A program made the position numbers and the translations under genes. A stretch of 64,000 bases of DNA from contig CAVWCF010000005.1 in NCBI GenBank assembly GCA_963753435.1, positions 128,001 through 192,000 on the forward strand, given 5' to 3'. Positions 1 to 10,007 of the stretch are shown here, piece after piece. Within the stretch, counting starts at the first letter, position 1. Each line of letters starts with the position of its first letter. Under the pieces are notes generated by a model. It was not told the origin of the DNA and searched no databases. It worked only from the letters and a program-made list of their open reading frames with translations. The stretch comes from an uncultured Actinomycetota bacterium. Its GTDB lineage: Bacteria; Actinomycetota; Actinomycetes; CAVWCF01.

Positions 1-310
1 GGCCCTTGGGGCCGGTGGTCCTCGGATCGTGCGCAGCCACCTGCTGCCCAACTCGCTGGCACCGGTGATCGTGGTGTCGATGATCTCCCTGGGCGGCTAC
101 ATCGCGGCCGAAGCGACCCTCTCGTACTTGGGGATCGGCTTGCAGCCGCCAGCTGTTTCGTGGGGGATCGCAATCAGCGATGCGGCGACGTTCGTCCGAG
201 TAGCGCCGCACATGCTGTTCTTCCCCGCCATCTTCCTGTCCACGACCGTCTTCGCGTTCATCGTCCTCGGCGACGCCGTGCGCGACGCCCTCGACCCGAA
301 GTTGCGCTGA
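1..310 (+). CDS. Oligopeptide/dipeptide ABC transporter permease (DppC/OppC type), 5'-truncated by window edge
   Basis: HLLPN...AEATLSYLGIGLQPPAVSWG...LGDAVRDALDP is the typical C-terminus; immediately followed by two ABC ATPases. Confidence 0.9.
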   Translation, partial: ALGAGGPRIVRSHLLPNSLAPVIVVSMISLGGYIAAEATLSYLGIGLQPPAVSWGIAISDAATFVRVAPHMLFFPAIFLSTTVFAFIVLGDAVRDALDPKLR

Positions 311-311
311 C

Positions 312-1364
312 GTGGCCATAACCGAGATCGACGAGACCGGCGCCACGCCACCGGGAGCGACGGACGCGCCCCTGCTTGATGTCGACTCGCTGGAAGTCGA
401 GTTCCGAACGCGGGAGGGCATCGCCAAGGCCGTCGACCGGGTCAGTTTCCAGGTCCGCGAAGGCGAAACCCTGGCGATCCTCGGCGAGTCCGGATGCGGC
501 AAGTCGGTGACCGCGCAGGCGATCATGGGGATTCTCGACACACCACCGGGCTATGTGACCGGCGGCAGCGTGCGATTCCGCGGTACCGATCTGCTGGCCC
601 TGCCCGAGGACGAGCGGCGCAAGTACCGCGGCGCCAAGATCGCGATGATCTTCCAGGACGCCCTCAGCTCGCTCAACCCGGTACACACCGTGGGCCGGCA
701 ACTCGGCGAGATGTTCGTTGAGCATGACGGCATGTCTCGCAAAGAAGCCAAGGTCAAGGCCGTCGAACTCATGGACATGGTGCGGATCCCGGCGGCCAGC
801 CAGCGAGTCAACGACTATCCGCACCAGTTCTCCGGCGGCATGCGGCAGCGCATCATGATCGCGATGGCACTGTCCCTGGACCCGGAGGTCGTCATCGCCG
901 ACGAGCCGACGACCGCACTTGACGTAACCGTGCAGGCGCAGATCATGGAGTTGCTCGCCGAGCAGCAAGCCGAGCGTGAGATGGGGCTGATCCTCATCAC
1001 CCACGACCTCGGCGTCGTCGCGGACGTGGCCGACTCCATCACCGTCATGTACGCCGGCCGCGTCGCCGAGCAGGCGCCGATCGCGGACCTGTACGCCAAA
1101 CCGCTGCACCCCTACACACTTGGCCTGCTGGAGTCCATACCCCGCGTCGACCACAAGGGGGAGGAGCTCTACGCGATCAAGGGATTGCCGCCCAACCTCA
1201 CCCGAATCCCCCCTGGTTGCTCCTTCGCACCCAGATGCCGATTCGCGCAGGACGTCTGTAGGGCCGACCCGCCGCCGCAGAACCGTCAAATCCAGACCGG
1301 TCGGTGGGCCGCCTGCCACTTCAGCGAGCAGTTGCTGGACGAGGGGGCGACCGATGGCGAGTAA
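312..1364 (+). CDS. oppD: Oligopeptide ABC transporter ATP-binding protein (OppD/DppD type)
   Basis: Walker [35 protein letters not shown] and C-terminal Cys cluster. Confidence 0.9.
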   Translation: MAITEIDETGATPPGATDAPLLDVDSLEVEFRTREGIAKAVDRVSFQVREGETLAILGESGCGKSVTAQAIMGILDTPPGYVTGGSVRFRGTDLLALPEDERRKYRGAKIAMIFQDALSSLNPVHTVGRQLGEMFVEHDGMSRKEAKVKAVELMDMVRIPAASQRVNDYPHQFSGGMRQRIMIAMALSLDPEVVIADEPTTALDVTVQAQIMELLAEQQAEREMGLILITHDLGVVADVADSITVMYAGRVAEQAPIADLYAKPLHPYTLGLLESIPRVDHKGEELYAIKGLPPNLTRIPPGCSFAPRCRFAQDVCRADPPPQNRQIQTGRWAACHFSEQLLDEGATDGE

Positions 1365-2376
1365 CGACGTGATCCTGGAAGTGCGCGACCTGGTGAAGCA
1401 CTTCCCGCTGACCAAGGGCATTGTCTTCAAGAAGCAGATCGGTGCGGTCCAGGCCGTGGACGGGGTCTCCTTCGACCTGAACCGGGGGGAGACGCTCGGC
1501 ATCGTCGGGGAATCCGGGTGCGGCAAGTCCACCCTGGCCAAACTGCTGATGGTCCTGGAGCGACCAACCTCCGGTCAGGTGCGGTTCGAGGGGGAGGACA
1601 TCTACGCCCTCAAGGGGCGACGGCTGCGAGAGATGCGCCGCCATGTCCAGATCGTCTTCCAGGACCCGTACTCGTCGCTGAACCCCCGGATGACCGTCGG
1701 CGACATCATCGGTGAGCCGTTCGAGATCCACCCGGAGGTCGCGCCGAAGGGTGACCGTGACCGCAAGGTGAAGGATCTGCTCGATGTCGTGGGGCTCAAC
1801 CCAGAGCACATCAACCGCTACCCGCACCAGTTCTCCGGCGGGCAACGGCAGCGCATCGGCATCGCGCGGGGCCTGGCGCTCAACCCGAGCATCATCATCT
1901 GCGACGAGCCGGTATCGGCACTGGACGTGTCGGTTCAGGCCCAGGTGATCAACCTGCTCGACAAGTTGCAGACCGAATTCAATCTCTCCTACATCTTCAT
2001 CGCCCACGACCTGTCAGTGGTCCGGCACATCTCCGACCGCGTCGGGGTCATGTACCTGGGCAAGTTGGTCGAGTTCGGCAACGAGGAGCAGATCTACACC
2101 AGGCCAACGCACCCATACACCCAGGCGCTGCTATCAGCGGTGCCAGTCCCCGACCCGCAGGGCCGTGACTCCCGGCACCGCATCGTGCTGACCGGCGATC
2201 CGCCGTCACCGGTCGATCCGCCAAGCGGCTGCCGATTCCGGACACGATGCTGGAAGGCGCAGGACATCTGCGCCGCCGAAGAGCCGCCGTTGCAGTTGCG
2301 CGAGAACTCCGACCATCCGAGCGCCTGTCACTTCGCCGAGGCCGCTGCGGTCTTTGCCTCCGGAGAAGGCGCTTAG
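1354..2376 (+). CDS. oppF: Oligopeptide ABC transporter ATP-binding protein (OppF/DppF type)
   Basis: ATG at 1354 overlaps upstream gene end; [30 protein letters not shown]. Confidence 0.9.
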   Translation: MASNDVILEVRDLVKHFPLTKGIVFKKQIGAVQAVDGVSFDLNRGETLGIVGESGCGKSTLAKLLMVLERPTSGQVRFEGEDIYALKGRRLREMRRHVQIVFQDPYSSLNPRMTVGDIIGEPFEIHPEVAPKGDRDRKVKDLLDVVGLNPEHINRYPHQFSGGQRQRIGIARGLALNPSIIICDEPVSALDVSVQAQVINLLDKLQTEFNLSYIFIAHDLSVVRHISDRVGVMYLGKLVEFGNEEQIYTRPTHPYTQALLSAVPVPDPQGRDSRHRIVLTGDPPSPVDPPSGCRFRTRCWKAQDICAAEEPPLQLRENSDHPSACHFAEAAAVFASGEGA

Positions 2377-4499
2377 CCCGCTTCCGGGGCTGGGTCCAGG
2401 GACAGCGCTTCGATCAGCCAGTCCCGCTGCAGGACCAAGAGGTTCTCCGCCACGTCCACTTGCGGGGTCATGTGGGTTACTCCGGTCAGCGGCAGCACGG
2501 TGTGCGCGCGACCGGCCGCCAGCAGGGCCGTGGACAACTGCAGCGTGTGCGCGGCCAGGACGTTGTCGTCCGCCAGCCCGTGGATGAGTAGCAGCGGGTT
2601 CTCCAAGGCTGGTGCGTCGTCGATCAGCCCGGATACCGCGTACGCCTCCGGGTGTTCCTGCGGCAGGCCCAGGTACCGCTCGGTATAGGCCGTGTCGTAC
2701 CAGGTCCAGTCCGTCGGTGGGGCTCCCGCGACCGCCGCGTGCACGCGGTCCGGTTCCCGTAGCACCGCCAAAGCGGCCAGATACCCGCCGAACGACCAGC
2801 CGCGGATACCGACCCGTGAGGTGTCCAACTCCGGGTGCTGCTGCGCGAGCTCGTCCAACGCCAGCAACTGGTCGGCCAGCGGGACGGTGGCCAGGTCGAA
2901 GCGAACCGCGCGCTCCCACGAAGGTGAACCCGGAGTTCCGCGCCCGTCGATGATCACAACCGCGAATCCGGCCTCGGCGAACCACTGGTCCACCGAATAG
3001 GCCGAAAGTGCGCCGACAACACGAGCGGCGTGTGGTCCGCCGTATGGGCTCAGCAGCACCGGCAACTGCTCGTCGGACGGACGCCACCACGATGGGCGAA
3101 GCACTGCGCAACGCAGTCCGGCGCGTGTCTGAAGCTCCACCATGGGCAGCAAATCGGGCTCGGCGCTCAGATCCGGCACGACCGCCGAGGTGCCGTCATG
3201 CCAGTCGACCCGGGCGGTGTTGCCGGGGCCCTGCATGGTGGCGCTCACCGTGAGGGTCGTTCCGCTGCGGCGAACCACCGAATGCAGCCCCGCAGCGGGC
3301 GTCAACTCGTCGGTCTCGTCCCCGCTGAGAAGCAAGACTTGGCGGTGACCGGCGTCGGGTCCGCCGGCGACGCATGTCCCCGCCTTGTCGACACTGACCG
3401 AGCGGACGTGCCAGTCGGGTCGACCGATGGGGACACCGTCGGCGAGGAGTCGGTAGGTGTCCGCCACCGGCTGGACGGTCAACAGCCGACCAGACGCATC
3501 CCAACTCGGCACACCCGCGACCACGTCCACCCATGCGTCGTCGATCTGCTCGCCCAGCACCTCGGTCGCTGCCGTGCTCGGGTCGACTCGCAGCACTTGG
3601 GCGCGGTCTTGGCGACGGTTCAGCACTTGGATCAGCGGGTCCCCGTACTCGGAGTAGTGCACGGCCGTCACATACTCGAACTCTTCTCGGTCCCACTGCA
3701 CCGGTTGCGGCGCTCCGTTGAGCGGCACCAGCACCAGCGTGACTACCGCGTTGTCGGTCCCTGCCCGCGGATAGCGGTGTTGCCTGGGGGGTCGGTCCGG
3801 ATGTGCGGGGTCGGCGATCCAGGTTGAGGCGACAGGTGACTCATCCACGCCCGAAACCAGTAGGCGATCCGAGGTGGGTGCCCACCAGAATCCCCGCATC
3901 CGGTCGAACTCCTCCGCGGCAGCGAAGTCAGCCAGGCCCCAGGTGATCGCGTCGTCTGGTTCAAGCACGGCCCGGTCAGTGCCGGCTACGTCCACGATGC
4001 GAAGTGCCCCGCCGCCGCAGTAGGCGACCCGAGTCCCGTCCGGGCTGATGCGTGGGTCCACCACAGCGGTGGCGGTGGGCAGTAGCGCAGCGTCGCCGGA
4101 CCCGACCTCAACAGTGAACAGCCGCCCGCTGATCGCGAACGCGCACCGGGTGCCGGAGTCGTCGACGGAGTAGGCGGTGATCCCGGCGGCGGACTCGCGG
4201 GAGCGTTCCCGGCGGGCGGCCTCCTCGGCTGGGACTTCCTCCATGTCGGTTGCGGTGCCAGCGGTGCTGTCGGGCTGACCGGCATCTCCCCGGGCTTCGG
4301 CAGCCAGGGCGCGTGGGTCGGCCAGCAGGGACTCGCTGCCGTCCCGCCGCAGGACCCAAAGGCTGTTGGTCGGATCCTCGGGCCCGGTGGAGCGCAGGAA
4401 CAGCACCGCGTCGCCGTCGGCGGTCACTGTGAAGGCCCGGGGCGATCCGTGGGTGAACCGCCCCGTCAGGGCATAGCGGCGGGGGAAGTTCGCGGGCAC
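2373..4499 (-). CDS. S9 family dipeptidyl peptidase IV-like serine peptidase
   Basis: GWSFGG nucleophile motif, [22 protein letters not shown]; N-terminal propeller region; start set at GTG 4499. Confidence 0.9.
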   Translation of the reverse strand: MPANFPRRYALTGRFTHGSPRAFTVTADGDAVLFLRSTGPEDPTNSLWVLRRDGSESLLADPRALAAEARGDAGQPDSTAGTATDMEEVPAEEAARRERSRESAAGITAYSVDDSGTRCAFAISGRLFTVEVGSGDAALLPTATAVVDPRISPDGTRVAYCGGGALRIVDVAGTDRAVLEPDDAITWGLADFAAAEEFDRMRGFWWAPTSDRLLVSGVDESPVASTWIADPAHPDRPPRQHRYPRAGTDNAVVTLVLVPLNGAPQPVQWDREEFEYVTAVHYSEYGDPLIQVLNRRQDRAQVLRVDPSTAATEVLGEQIDDAWVDVVAGVPSWDASGRLLTVQPVADTYRLLADGVPIGRPDWHVRSVSVDKAGTCVAGGPDAGHRQVLLLSGDETDELTPAAGLHSVVRRSGTTLTVSATMQGPGNTARVDWHDGTSAVVPDLSAEPDLLPMVELQTRAGLRCAVLRPSWWRPSDEQLPVLLSPYGGPHAARVVGALSAYSVDQWFAEAGFAVVIIDGRGTPGSPSWERAVRFDLATVPLADQLLALDELAQQHPELDTSRVGIRGWSFGGYLAALAVLREPDRVHAAVAGAPPTDWTWYDTAYTERYLGLPQEHPEAYAVSGLIDDAPALENPLLLIHGLADDNVLAAHTLQLSTALLAAGRAHTVLPLTGVTHMTPQVDVAENLLVLQRDWLIEALSLDPAPEAG

Positions 4500-4544
4500 G
4501 GGGGCATCCTCCCCGACATCCGGCTGTTCGCGCAGAATGCGGTC

Positions 4545-5426
4545 ATGCCCGATCGCCGACTGCTGCTCGTCCATGCCCACCCTGACGATGAGGTCGTCGG
4601 TACCGGGGCCACGATGGCTCGCTACGCCGAGGCCGGCGCCGCGGTGACTCTGGTCACGTGCACCTCCGGAGAGGAGGGCGAAGTGCTGGTGCCCGACCTG
4701 GAACACCTGGCCGCACACCGGGAGGATCGGTTGGGGGAGCATCGCCGCGGCGAGATCGTCGGGGCTCTGGATGCGCTCGGGGTCACCGATCACCACTGGC
4801 TGGGTGGGCCCGGTCGGTATCGCGACTCCGGGATGATGGGGACTGATGCCAACAACCGCACCGAGTCCTTCTGGCGGGCCGATCTGCTTGAGGCCGCGGC
4901 CGATCTAGTCGGGGTAATCCGAGATCGCCGCCCGCAGGTGCTGATCACCTACGACGAGAACGGTCAGTACGGACACCCGGACCACATCCAGGCGCATCGG
5001 GTTGCCATGTACGGGGCGGTATTGGCGGCCGCTGCGGCGTTCCGCCCGGACCTGGGCGAGGCGTGGGACATCCCGAAGATCTACTGGACCGCTTTGCCGC
5101 ATTCCTACGTTGCCGAAGGCATCCGAGTCCTGGCCGAGTCCGGCAGCAGCGGGTTCTTCGGGGCGACTGAACCGGGCGAACTGCCCGGTGTCGTTGCCGA
5201 CGAACTCGTGACCGCTGTCGTCGACGGCACGGAGTTCGCCGACCGCAAGGTGGCCGCCCTGCGCGCCCACGCCACCCAGGTCGCCGCCGACGGACCCTTC
5301 TTCGCGATCGCCGAGGCGGTGGGCCCGGCCGCCTTCGGGCGGGAGCACTTCCGGCTGGCCAAGGGCCGCGCAGCCGTGCCGCTGGACGATGCCGGCCGGG
5401 AGACGGACCTCTTCGCCGGCACCTGA
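4545..5426 (+). CDS. mshB: GlcNAc-Ins deacetylase (mycothiol biosynthesis)
   Basis: VHAHPDDE, TCTSGEEGE, YRDSGM, YGHPDHIQAH, AHATQ, ETDLFAG; divergent from S9 peptidase as is usual for mshB. Confidence 0.9.
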   Translation: MPDRRLLLVHAHPDDEVVGTGATMARYAEAGAAVTLVTCTSGEEGEVLVPDLEHLAAHREDRLGEHRRGEIVGALDALGVTDHHWLGGPGRYRDSGMMGTDANNRTESFWRADLLEAAADLVGVIRDRRPQVLITYDENGQYGHPDHIQAHRVAMYGAVLAAAAAFRPDLGEAWDIPKIYWTALPHSYVAEGIRVLAESGSSGFFGATEPGELPGVVADELVTAVVDGTEFADRKVAALRAHATQVAADGPFFAIAEAVGPAAFGREHFRLAKGRAAVPLDDAGRETDLFAGT

Positions 5427-5551
5427 TCGGCCTCAGCGCCGGGCGCGGCGGCGCGGGCGGACTCGTCCGTTCGGATGGAGACGGCGATCTTGATGCGCCG
5501 AATGGGTGAATCCGCCTGTCCCTTTACCCCGGCGAGTCACAGACTCCGGTC

Positions 5552-7507
5552 ATGGAGACCCCCAACGCCCCCGAGTCGACCAACGGCGACACCTTCACGC
5601 ATGCGGCCGGCGACGTTCCCGTGTTGCTCGCGGCAAACACCGCCGACGTCGGCGCCTCCAGGGAACTGGCTCGCCGCCGCCGCCTGCGCACTCTCGCCGT
5701 GGTGCTGGGGGTGCCCTGCGCGTGGATGTGGTTCCGCCTGCTCAGCGGCAACCCGGTTCAGTGGGGTCTACCGCAACTGGACCCGTTCCTCCTGGTCCCG
5801 ATCCTCTTCTTCACGCTGCTTGGCGTGGTGCTCATCGGTACCACGGTCGGCGCCGGGCGCAGCCCGCACGTGCTGTACCGGCCCGAGCAGATCGACGTCC
5901 GGCTGGACGATGTAAAGGGCATCGATCCGATCAAGGAGGACGTGGTCCGCTCGCTCAACCTGTTCCTGGCGCACCGCACCTTCGCCCAGGAGATGGGCGG
6001 AACGCCGCGCCGTGGACTGCTGTTCGAGGGCGCGCCGGGCACCGGCAAGACCCACTTGGCCAAGGCGATGGCGGCCGAAGCCGGGGTCCCGTTCCTCTTC
6101 GTCTCCGCCACTAGTTTCCAGTCGATGTACTACGGGGCCACTGCCCGCAAGATCCGCTCCTACTTCAAGCAGTTGCGCAAGGCAGCACGCGCTGAGGGTG
6201 GTGCCATCGGCTTCATCGAGGAGATCGATGCGATCGCCACGGTTCGCGGCGGGATGTCGGCAACAGCCATGCCGGATGCGGCTCGGATGCAGGCACAGTG
6301 CTGCGGGGGTCTTGAAGGATTGCCGGCCGGCTACGCGCAGGCTGCCCCCCAGTCCGCCGCGGTGATCACCAACGCAGCCATGACCTCAGAGGGCGTGGGC
6401 GGCGTGGTGAACGAGTTGCTCGTGCAGATGCAGTCCTTCGACGAGCCCACCGGACTGCAGAAGGTGCACACGAAGCTCGTGGACCGGCTGAACCTCTACC
6501 TGCCGGTTCATCGGCAGTTGCGTCGGCCCGAGCCGCCCAAGACCAACGTGCTGCTGATCGCCGCCACTAACCGCGCGGACAACCTGGACCCGGCGCTGCT
6601 GCGCCCCGGCCGCTTCGACCGGCGCCTCACGTTCGACCGGCCCGGCAAGGACGCTCGAAAGGTGCTGCTGGAGCACTTCCTGGCCAAGAAGGCCCACCAC
6701 GGCGAGCTCGACACCGAAGAGCAGCGCGACACGTTGGCAGCCGCCACCCAGGGCTACACGCCGGTGATGATCGAGCACCTCCTGGACGAGGCGCTGGTCA
6801 ACGCCATGCGCCGAGACGACACCAAGATGAACCGCGCGGACATCGAGAAGGCCCGAATGGTCGAGGAGATCGGGATGGGCCAGCCGGTGGCCTACACCGT
6901 GCACGAGAAGCGACTCATCGCCACTCATGAGGCCGGACACGCAGTCGCCGCCTGGTTGGTGGCACCCCACCGTCGGCTGGAGATCCTCACCATCATCAAG
7001 CGTCGCGAGGCGCTGGGCATGCTCGCCCATGGGGACGTCGATGACGTCTACACCCGTTCGCGCAGCGAAATGCTGGCGTTGATCCAGATCGCGCTGGCGG
7101 GTCAGTGCGCGGAGGAGATCTTCTTCTCCGACATCTCCACCGGACCTGGTGGTGACCTGCTGTACGCCACCAACGTGGCCGCGGAAATGGTCGGTTCGGT
7201 CGGCATGGCCGACACCCTGGTCTCCTACGCCGCCATTCAAGGGTCGGCGCTGTCCAGCACCAACGTTGTAGGTCGCGTGCTCGCCGACCGGGACGGGCGC
7301 GACCGTGTTGAGGAGTTGCTGCAAACGCAGAAAGTGAAGATCAAGGGGATGCTGGAAGCGAATCAGCACTTGGTTGAGGCTCTTCGCGACGCCCTGTTGC
7401 AGCGACACGAGTTGATCGGACGCGAGATCACCGACGTCCTGGAAGCGGCCGGTGCCAGTTCGGTCGACGTCGTCGTGATGCCCGACGCCAAGCCGACGCC
7501 CGCCTGA
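5552..7507 (+). CDS. FtsH-like membrane AAA+ zinc metalloprotease (peptidase M41), atypical paralog
   Basis: Two N-terminal hydrophobic segments, Walker A GAPGTGKT, Walker B FIEEID, SRH ATNRADNLDPALLRPGRFDR, HEAGH zinc motif. Confidence 0.88.
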   Translation: METPNAPESTNGDTFTHAAGDVPVLLAANTADVGASRELARRRRLRTLAVVLGVPCAWMWFRLLSGNPVQWGLPQLDPFLLVPILFFTLLGVVLIGTTVGAGRSPHVLYRPEQIDVRLDDVKGIDPIKEDVVRSLNLFLAHRTFAQEMGGTPRRGLLFEGAPGTGKTHLAKAMAAEAGVPFLFVSATSFQSMYYGATARKIRSYFKQLRKAARAEGGAIGFIEEIDAIATVRGGMSATAMPDAARMQAQCCGGLEGLPAGYAQAAPQSAAVITNAAMTSEGVGGVVNELLVQMQSFDEPTGLQKVHTKLVDRLNLYLPVHRQLRRPEPPKTNVLLIAATNRADNLDPALLRPGRFDRRLTFDRPGKDARKVLLEHFLAKKAHHGELDTEEQRDTLAAATQGYTPVMIEHLLDEALVNAMRRDDTKMNRADIEKARMVEEIGMGQPVAYTVHEKRLIATHEAGHAVAAWLVAPHRRLEILTIIKRREALGMLAHGDVDDVYTRSRSEMLALIQIALAGQCAEEIFFSDISTGPGGDLLYATNVAAEMVGSVGMADTLVSYAAIQGSALSSTNVVGRVLADRDGRDRVEELLQTQKVKIKGMLEANQHLVEALRDALLQRHELIGREITDVLEAAGASSVDVVVMPDAKPTPA

Positions 7508-7845
7508 TGCGCGATGCCTGGACTGCCGCGGGTGGCCTGATTGCGGGCATCGGTCTGGGCATCCTCGGGTCCGGTCTCGCGGAGGTCTCCTGGCCACCGG
7601 TGCTGCCCCTGGGTGCCGCGCTGAGCCTGCTGGGCCTGGTCGTCGCCGTGGTTCTGGCGGCAAACGCGGATCGGCTTGGCCCGTGGAGCCTGACGCCGAT
7701 CCTGGGCTGGGCCGCTGGGGCGGGCTGGGTGTGGAGCACCGCAGTTGCGGGCGTGGGAGTGCGCGGGTGGGCAATGGCGATCGCCGCACTGGCCGCTGCC
7801 GGCCTGTTGTTTGCAGACGGGCGGGTCTTCAGCCGACGCCCCTAG
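7507..7845 (+). CDS. Small multi-pass membrane protein (loosely like the DUF6113-type gene usually following mshB)
   Basis: About 4 hydrophobic segments; TGATG stop/start overlap with the protease gene. Confidence 0.65.
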   Translation: MRDAWTAAGGLIAGIGLGILGSGLAEVSWPPVLPLGAALSLLGLVVAVVLAANADRLGPWSLTPILGWAAGAGWVWSTAVAGVGVRGWAMAIAALAAAGLLFADGRVFSRRP

Positions 7846-7862
7846 CGGCCGATGCGCCTGAA

Positions 7863-8402
7863 GTGACCGACCTGAGCCGGGCCACCGACGACGAGGGCAC
7901 CCCGAACGGGGCCGACGTCGTCGCGGCCGTCGAGGACGCGCCCGTTCCCGCCGTCCCCGAGCCGCCCGCTGCGCTGCCTGCCGGCGGCGTGGTCATGCGC
8001 CTGGATCACGGTACGTACTTGGTCGACCTGGCCAACGTCGCGGAAGTGACACCGGTGCCGGAGATCACGGCCCTGCCGGGACACCCTTCGTGGTTGTGCG
8101 GCGTCGCCAACTGGCGCGGCCGGGTCCTGGCGGTGGTGGACCTGCGGCCCCTACTCGGCCTCGACCCGCACCCGCTTACCAGCGCGTCTCGACTCGTGAT
8201 CCTCACTGCCGAGGGAGTCGAAGTCGCTGTCTTGGCCGATGCCGTGCCGGGGGTCGCGGAGAAGCCGGGGCCGGCGCGGCCGGTACCGACTGCGACGTCG
8301 GGGCTGCTCTCGGCCGTCTGCGCGATCGACTCCGGTCCAGCTTCGGTGCTGGACGCCGCTGCGGTTGTCGCCCTCAGGCGGCAGTTCACTCCCGCGGCCT
8401 GA
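7863..8402 (+). CDS. cheW: CheW coupling protein
   Basis: VAEVTP...ITALPGHPSWLCGVANWRGRVLAVVDL...VAVLADAV; start uncertain (GTG 7863 or later). Confidence 0.88.
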   Translation: MTDLSRATDDEGTPNGADVVAAVEDAPVPAVPEPPAALPAGGVVMRLDHGTYLVDLANVAEVTPVPEITALPGHPSWLCGVANWRGRVLAVVDLRPLLGLDPHPLTSASRLVILTAEGVEVAVLADAVPGVAEKPGPARPVPTATSGLLSAVCAIDSGPASVLDAAAVVALRRQFTPAA

Positions 8403-8462
8403 GCCTGCTTCAGCCCAACCGCAGACCGTCCGATTAGCAACGCAGCAGAGCGTGGAGGACCG

Positions 8463-10007
8463 GTGGACCTGAGCAAGCGCATGACCGTGGTGACCGCAGT
8501 GACGTTGTGGGGCAGCGTCGCGCTTGCGGTGATGGCTGCTGCCGTCACCGACCGGTTCACCGACGCCGAGGTCAATTGGCCCATGGTCGCGGTCTGGACC
8601 GCGGTTGGCTGTGGGATCGCCGCCACCTCCACCCTGCTGGCCATCCGCGCTTGGCGCAGCGGTGCGGACACCGACACCGTGAGCCGAGTCATGCGCGCGG
8701 TCCTGATTGGGGCCGTCGTCTACATCGGCGGGATCTCGGTGGCCAGCGGCGGACTGCTCGGCGCCGGTGCCGTACTCCTGGCCGTCACCGTCCTGTTCTC
8801 ATCAATGGTCTTCAATCGGGTGGGCCTGGTCGCCTTCGGCGCCTACCTCAGCGTCACGGTGGTCGTGATCGGCGTTGTCACGGACACCTGGGTGGCCTCC
8901 GCGCTGCCGATCGCGTTGGTTGCGTTGGTTGCGCTGCCGGCGATGGTCCTGGTGGACGGCGAACTGGCCGAATCCCTCGCGTCGCACGAACGACGGGCAC
9001 AGGCCGAACGCGACCGACTGCAGGCACAGATCGCCGACCTGTCCGCTGCCTTGGCTCGCGCCGCCGACGGGGACCTGTCCGATTCCAGCGCGCTGCCACA
9101 AGGGGAGTCGGTGACAGAGCTCACGACGGCCTTGCGCCACACGCTGGTCAGCCTTCGTGGTCTGGTTGAGCAGGTCCGCAGCGGTGGTGATCAACTCACC
9201 AGCAGCGCCACCGAGTTGCTCAACGTGGCGGAGGAGCAGGCGAGCAACGCCTCGGAGCAGTCCTCGGCGTTGACCGAGACCACGTCCACGATCGAGGAGT
9301 TGGCGGCGACCGCCGCGCAGATCGCCGACACCGCAGAGGCGGTCTCCCGCTACGCGGCGGAGACGCTCAGGTACGCCGAGGATGGTCGTTTCGCCGTTCA
9401 GCAGAGCGTCGACGCGATGGATCAGATTGCGGTGCGGGTGGATTCGATCGCGGATCGGGCGGGGCGGTTGGGGGAGAAGTCTTCGGAGATCGGTCGGATT
9501 CTGGAAGTGATCGATGATCTTGCGGATCGGACGAATCTGTTGGCGTTGAACGCGGCTATTGAGGCGGCCCGGGCTGGGGAGCATGGCCGGGGGTTCGCGG
9601 TGGTGGCTGCGGAGGTGCGCAAGTTGGCGGAGCGGGCGCAGGAGTCCACGGGGCAGATTCAGGCGATCGTGGCGGAGATTTCGGCGGAGACGTCGGCGAC
9701 GGTGTTGGCGTCGCAGGAGGGGGCTGCGGAGGTTCATGCGGGGGTGGAGTTGGCCCGGGGGGTGGAGCAGGCGTTGGAGCGGATTTCGGGGATGGTGGAT
9801 GAGACGACGACTGCTGCTAAGGAGATCTCGATCGCCACGCAGCAGCAGCGCAGTGCGTCCGATCAGGTGGTGTCGGCGATGACGCAGGTGTCCGACGCCA
9901 CCCGCCAGCACGCCGCCGGATCCCGCCAGGCCGCAGCGGCCGCCGCCCAACTCAACGGGTTGGCGCACGGTCTGTCCGAATCGATTGCGCGATTCCGGCT
10001 GTCATGA
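8463..10007 (+). CDS. Methyl-accepting chemotaxis-like receptor with multi-TM N-terminus
   Basis: [35 protein letters not shown] hairpin tip; HAMP-like segment (AADGDLS); 5-6 TM segments; GGAGGA RBS. Confidence 0.95.
   Translation: MDLSKRMTVVTAVTLWGSVALAVMAAAVTDRFTDAEVNWPMVAVWTAVGCGIAATSTLLAIRAWRSGADTDTVSRVMRAVLIGAVVYIGGISVASGGLLGAGAVLLAVTVLFSSMVFNRVGLVAFGAYLSVTVVVIGVVTDTWVASALPIALVALVALPAMVLVDGELAESLASHERRAQAERDRLQAQIADLSAALARAADGDLSDSSALPQGESVTELTTALRHTLVSLRGLVEQVRSGGDQLTSSATELLNVAEEQASNASEQSSALTETTSTIEELAATAAQIADTAEAVSRYAAETLRYAEDGRFAVQQSVDAMDQIAVRVDSIADRAGRLGEKSSEIGRILEVIDDLADRTNLLALNAAIEAARAGEHGRGFAVVAAEVRKLAERAQESTGQIQAIVAEISAETSATVLASQEGAAEVHAGVELARGVEQALERISGMVDETTTAAKEISIATQQQRSASDQVVSAMTQVSDATRQHAAGSRQAAAAAAQLNGLAHGLSESIARFRLS

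Noticed and set aside
9559-9882. Arg/Trp-rich alternative ORF inside the MCP
   Set aside because: By-product of the G/T-skewed patch read in another frame
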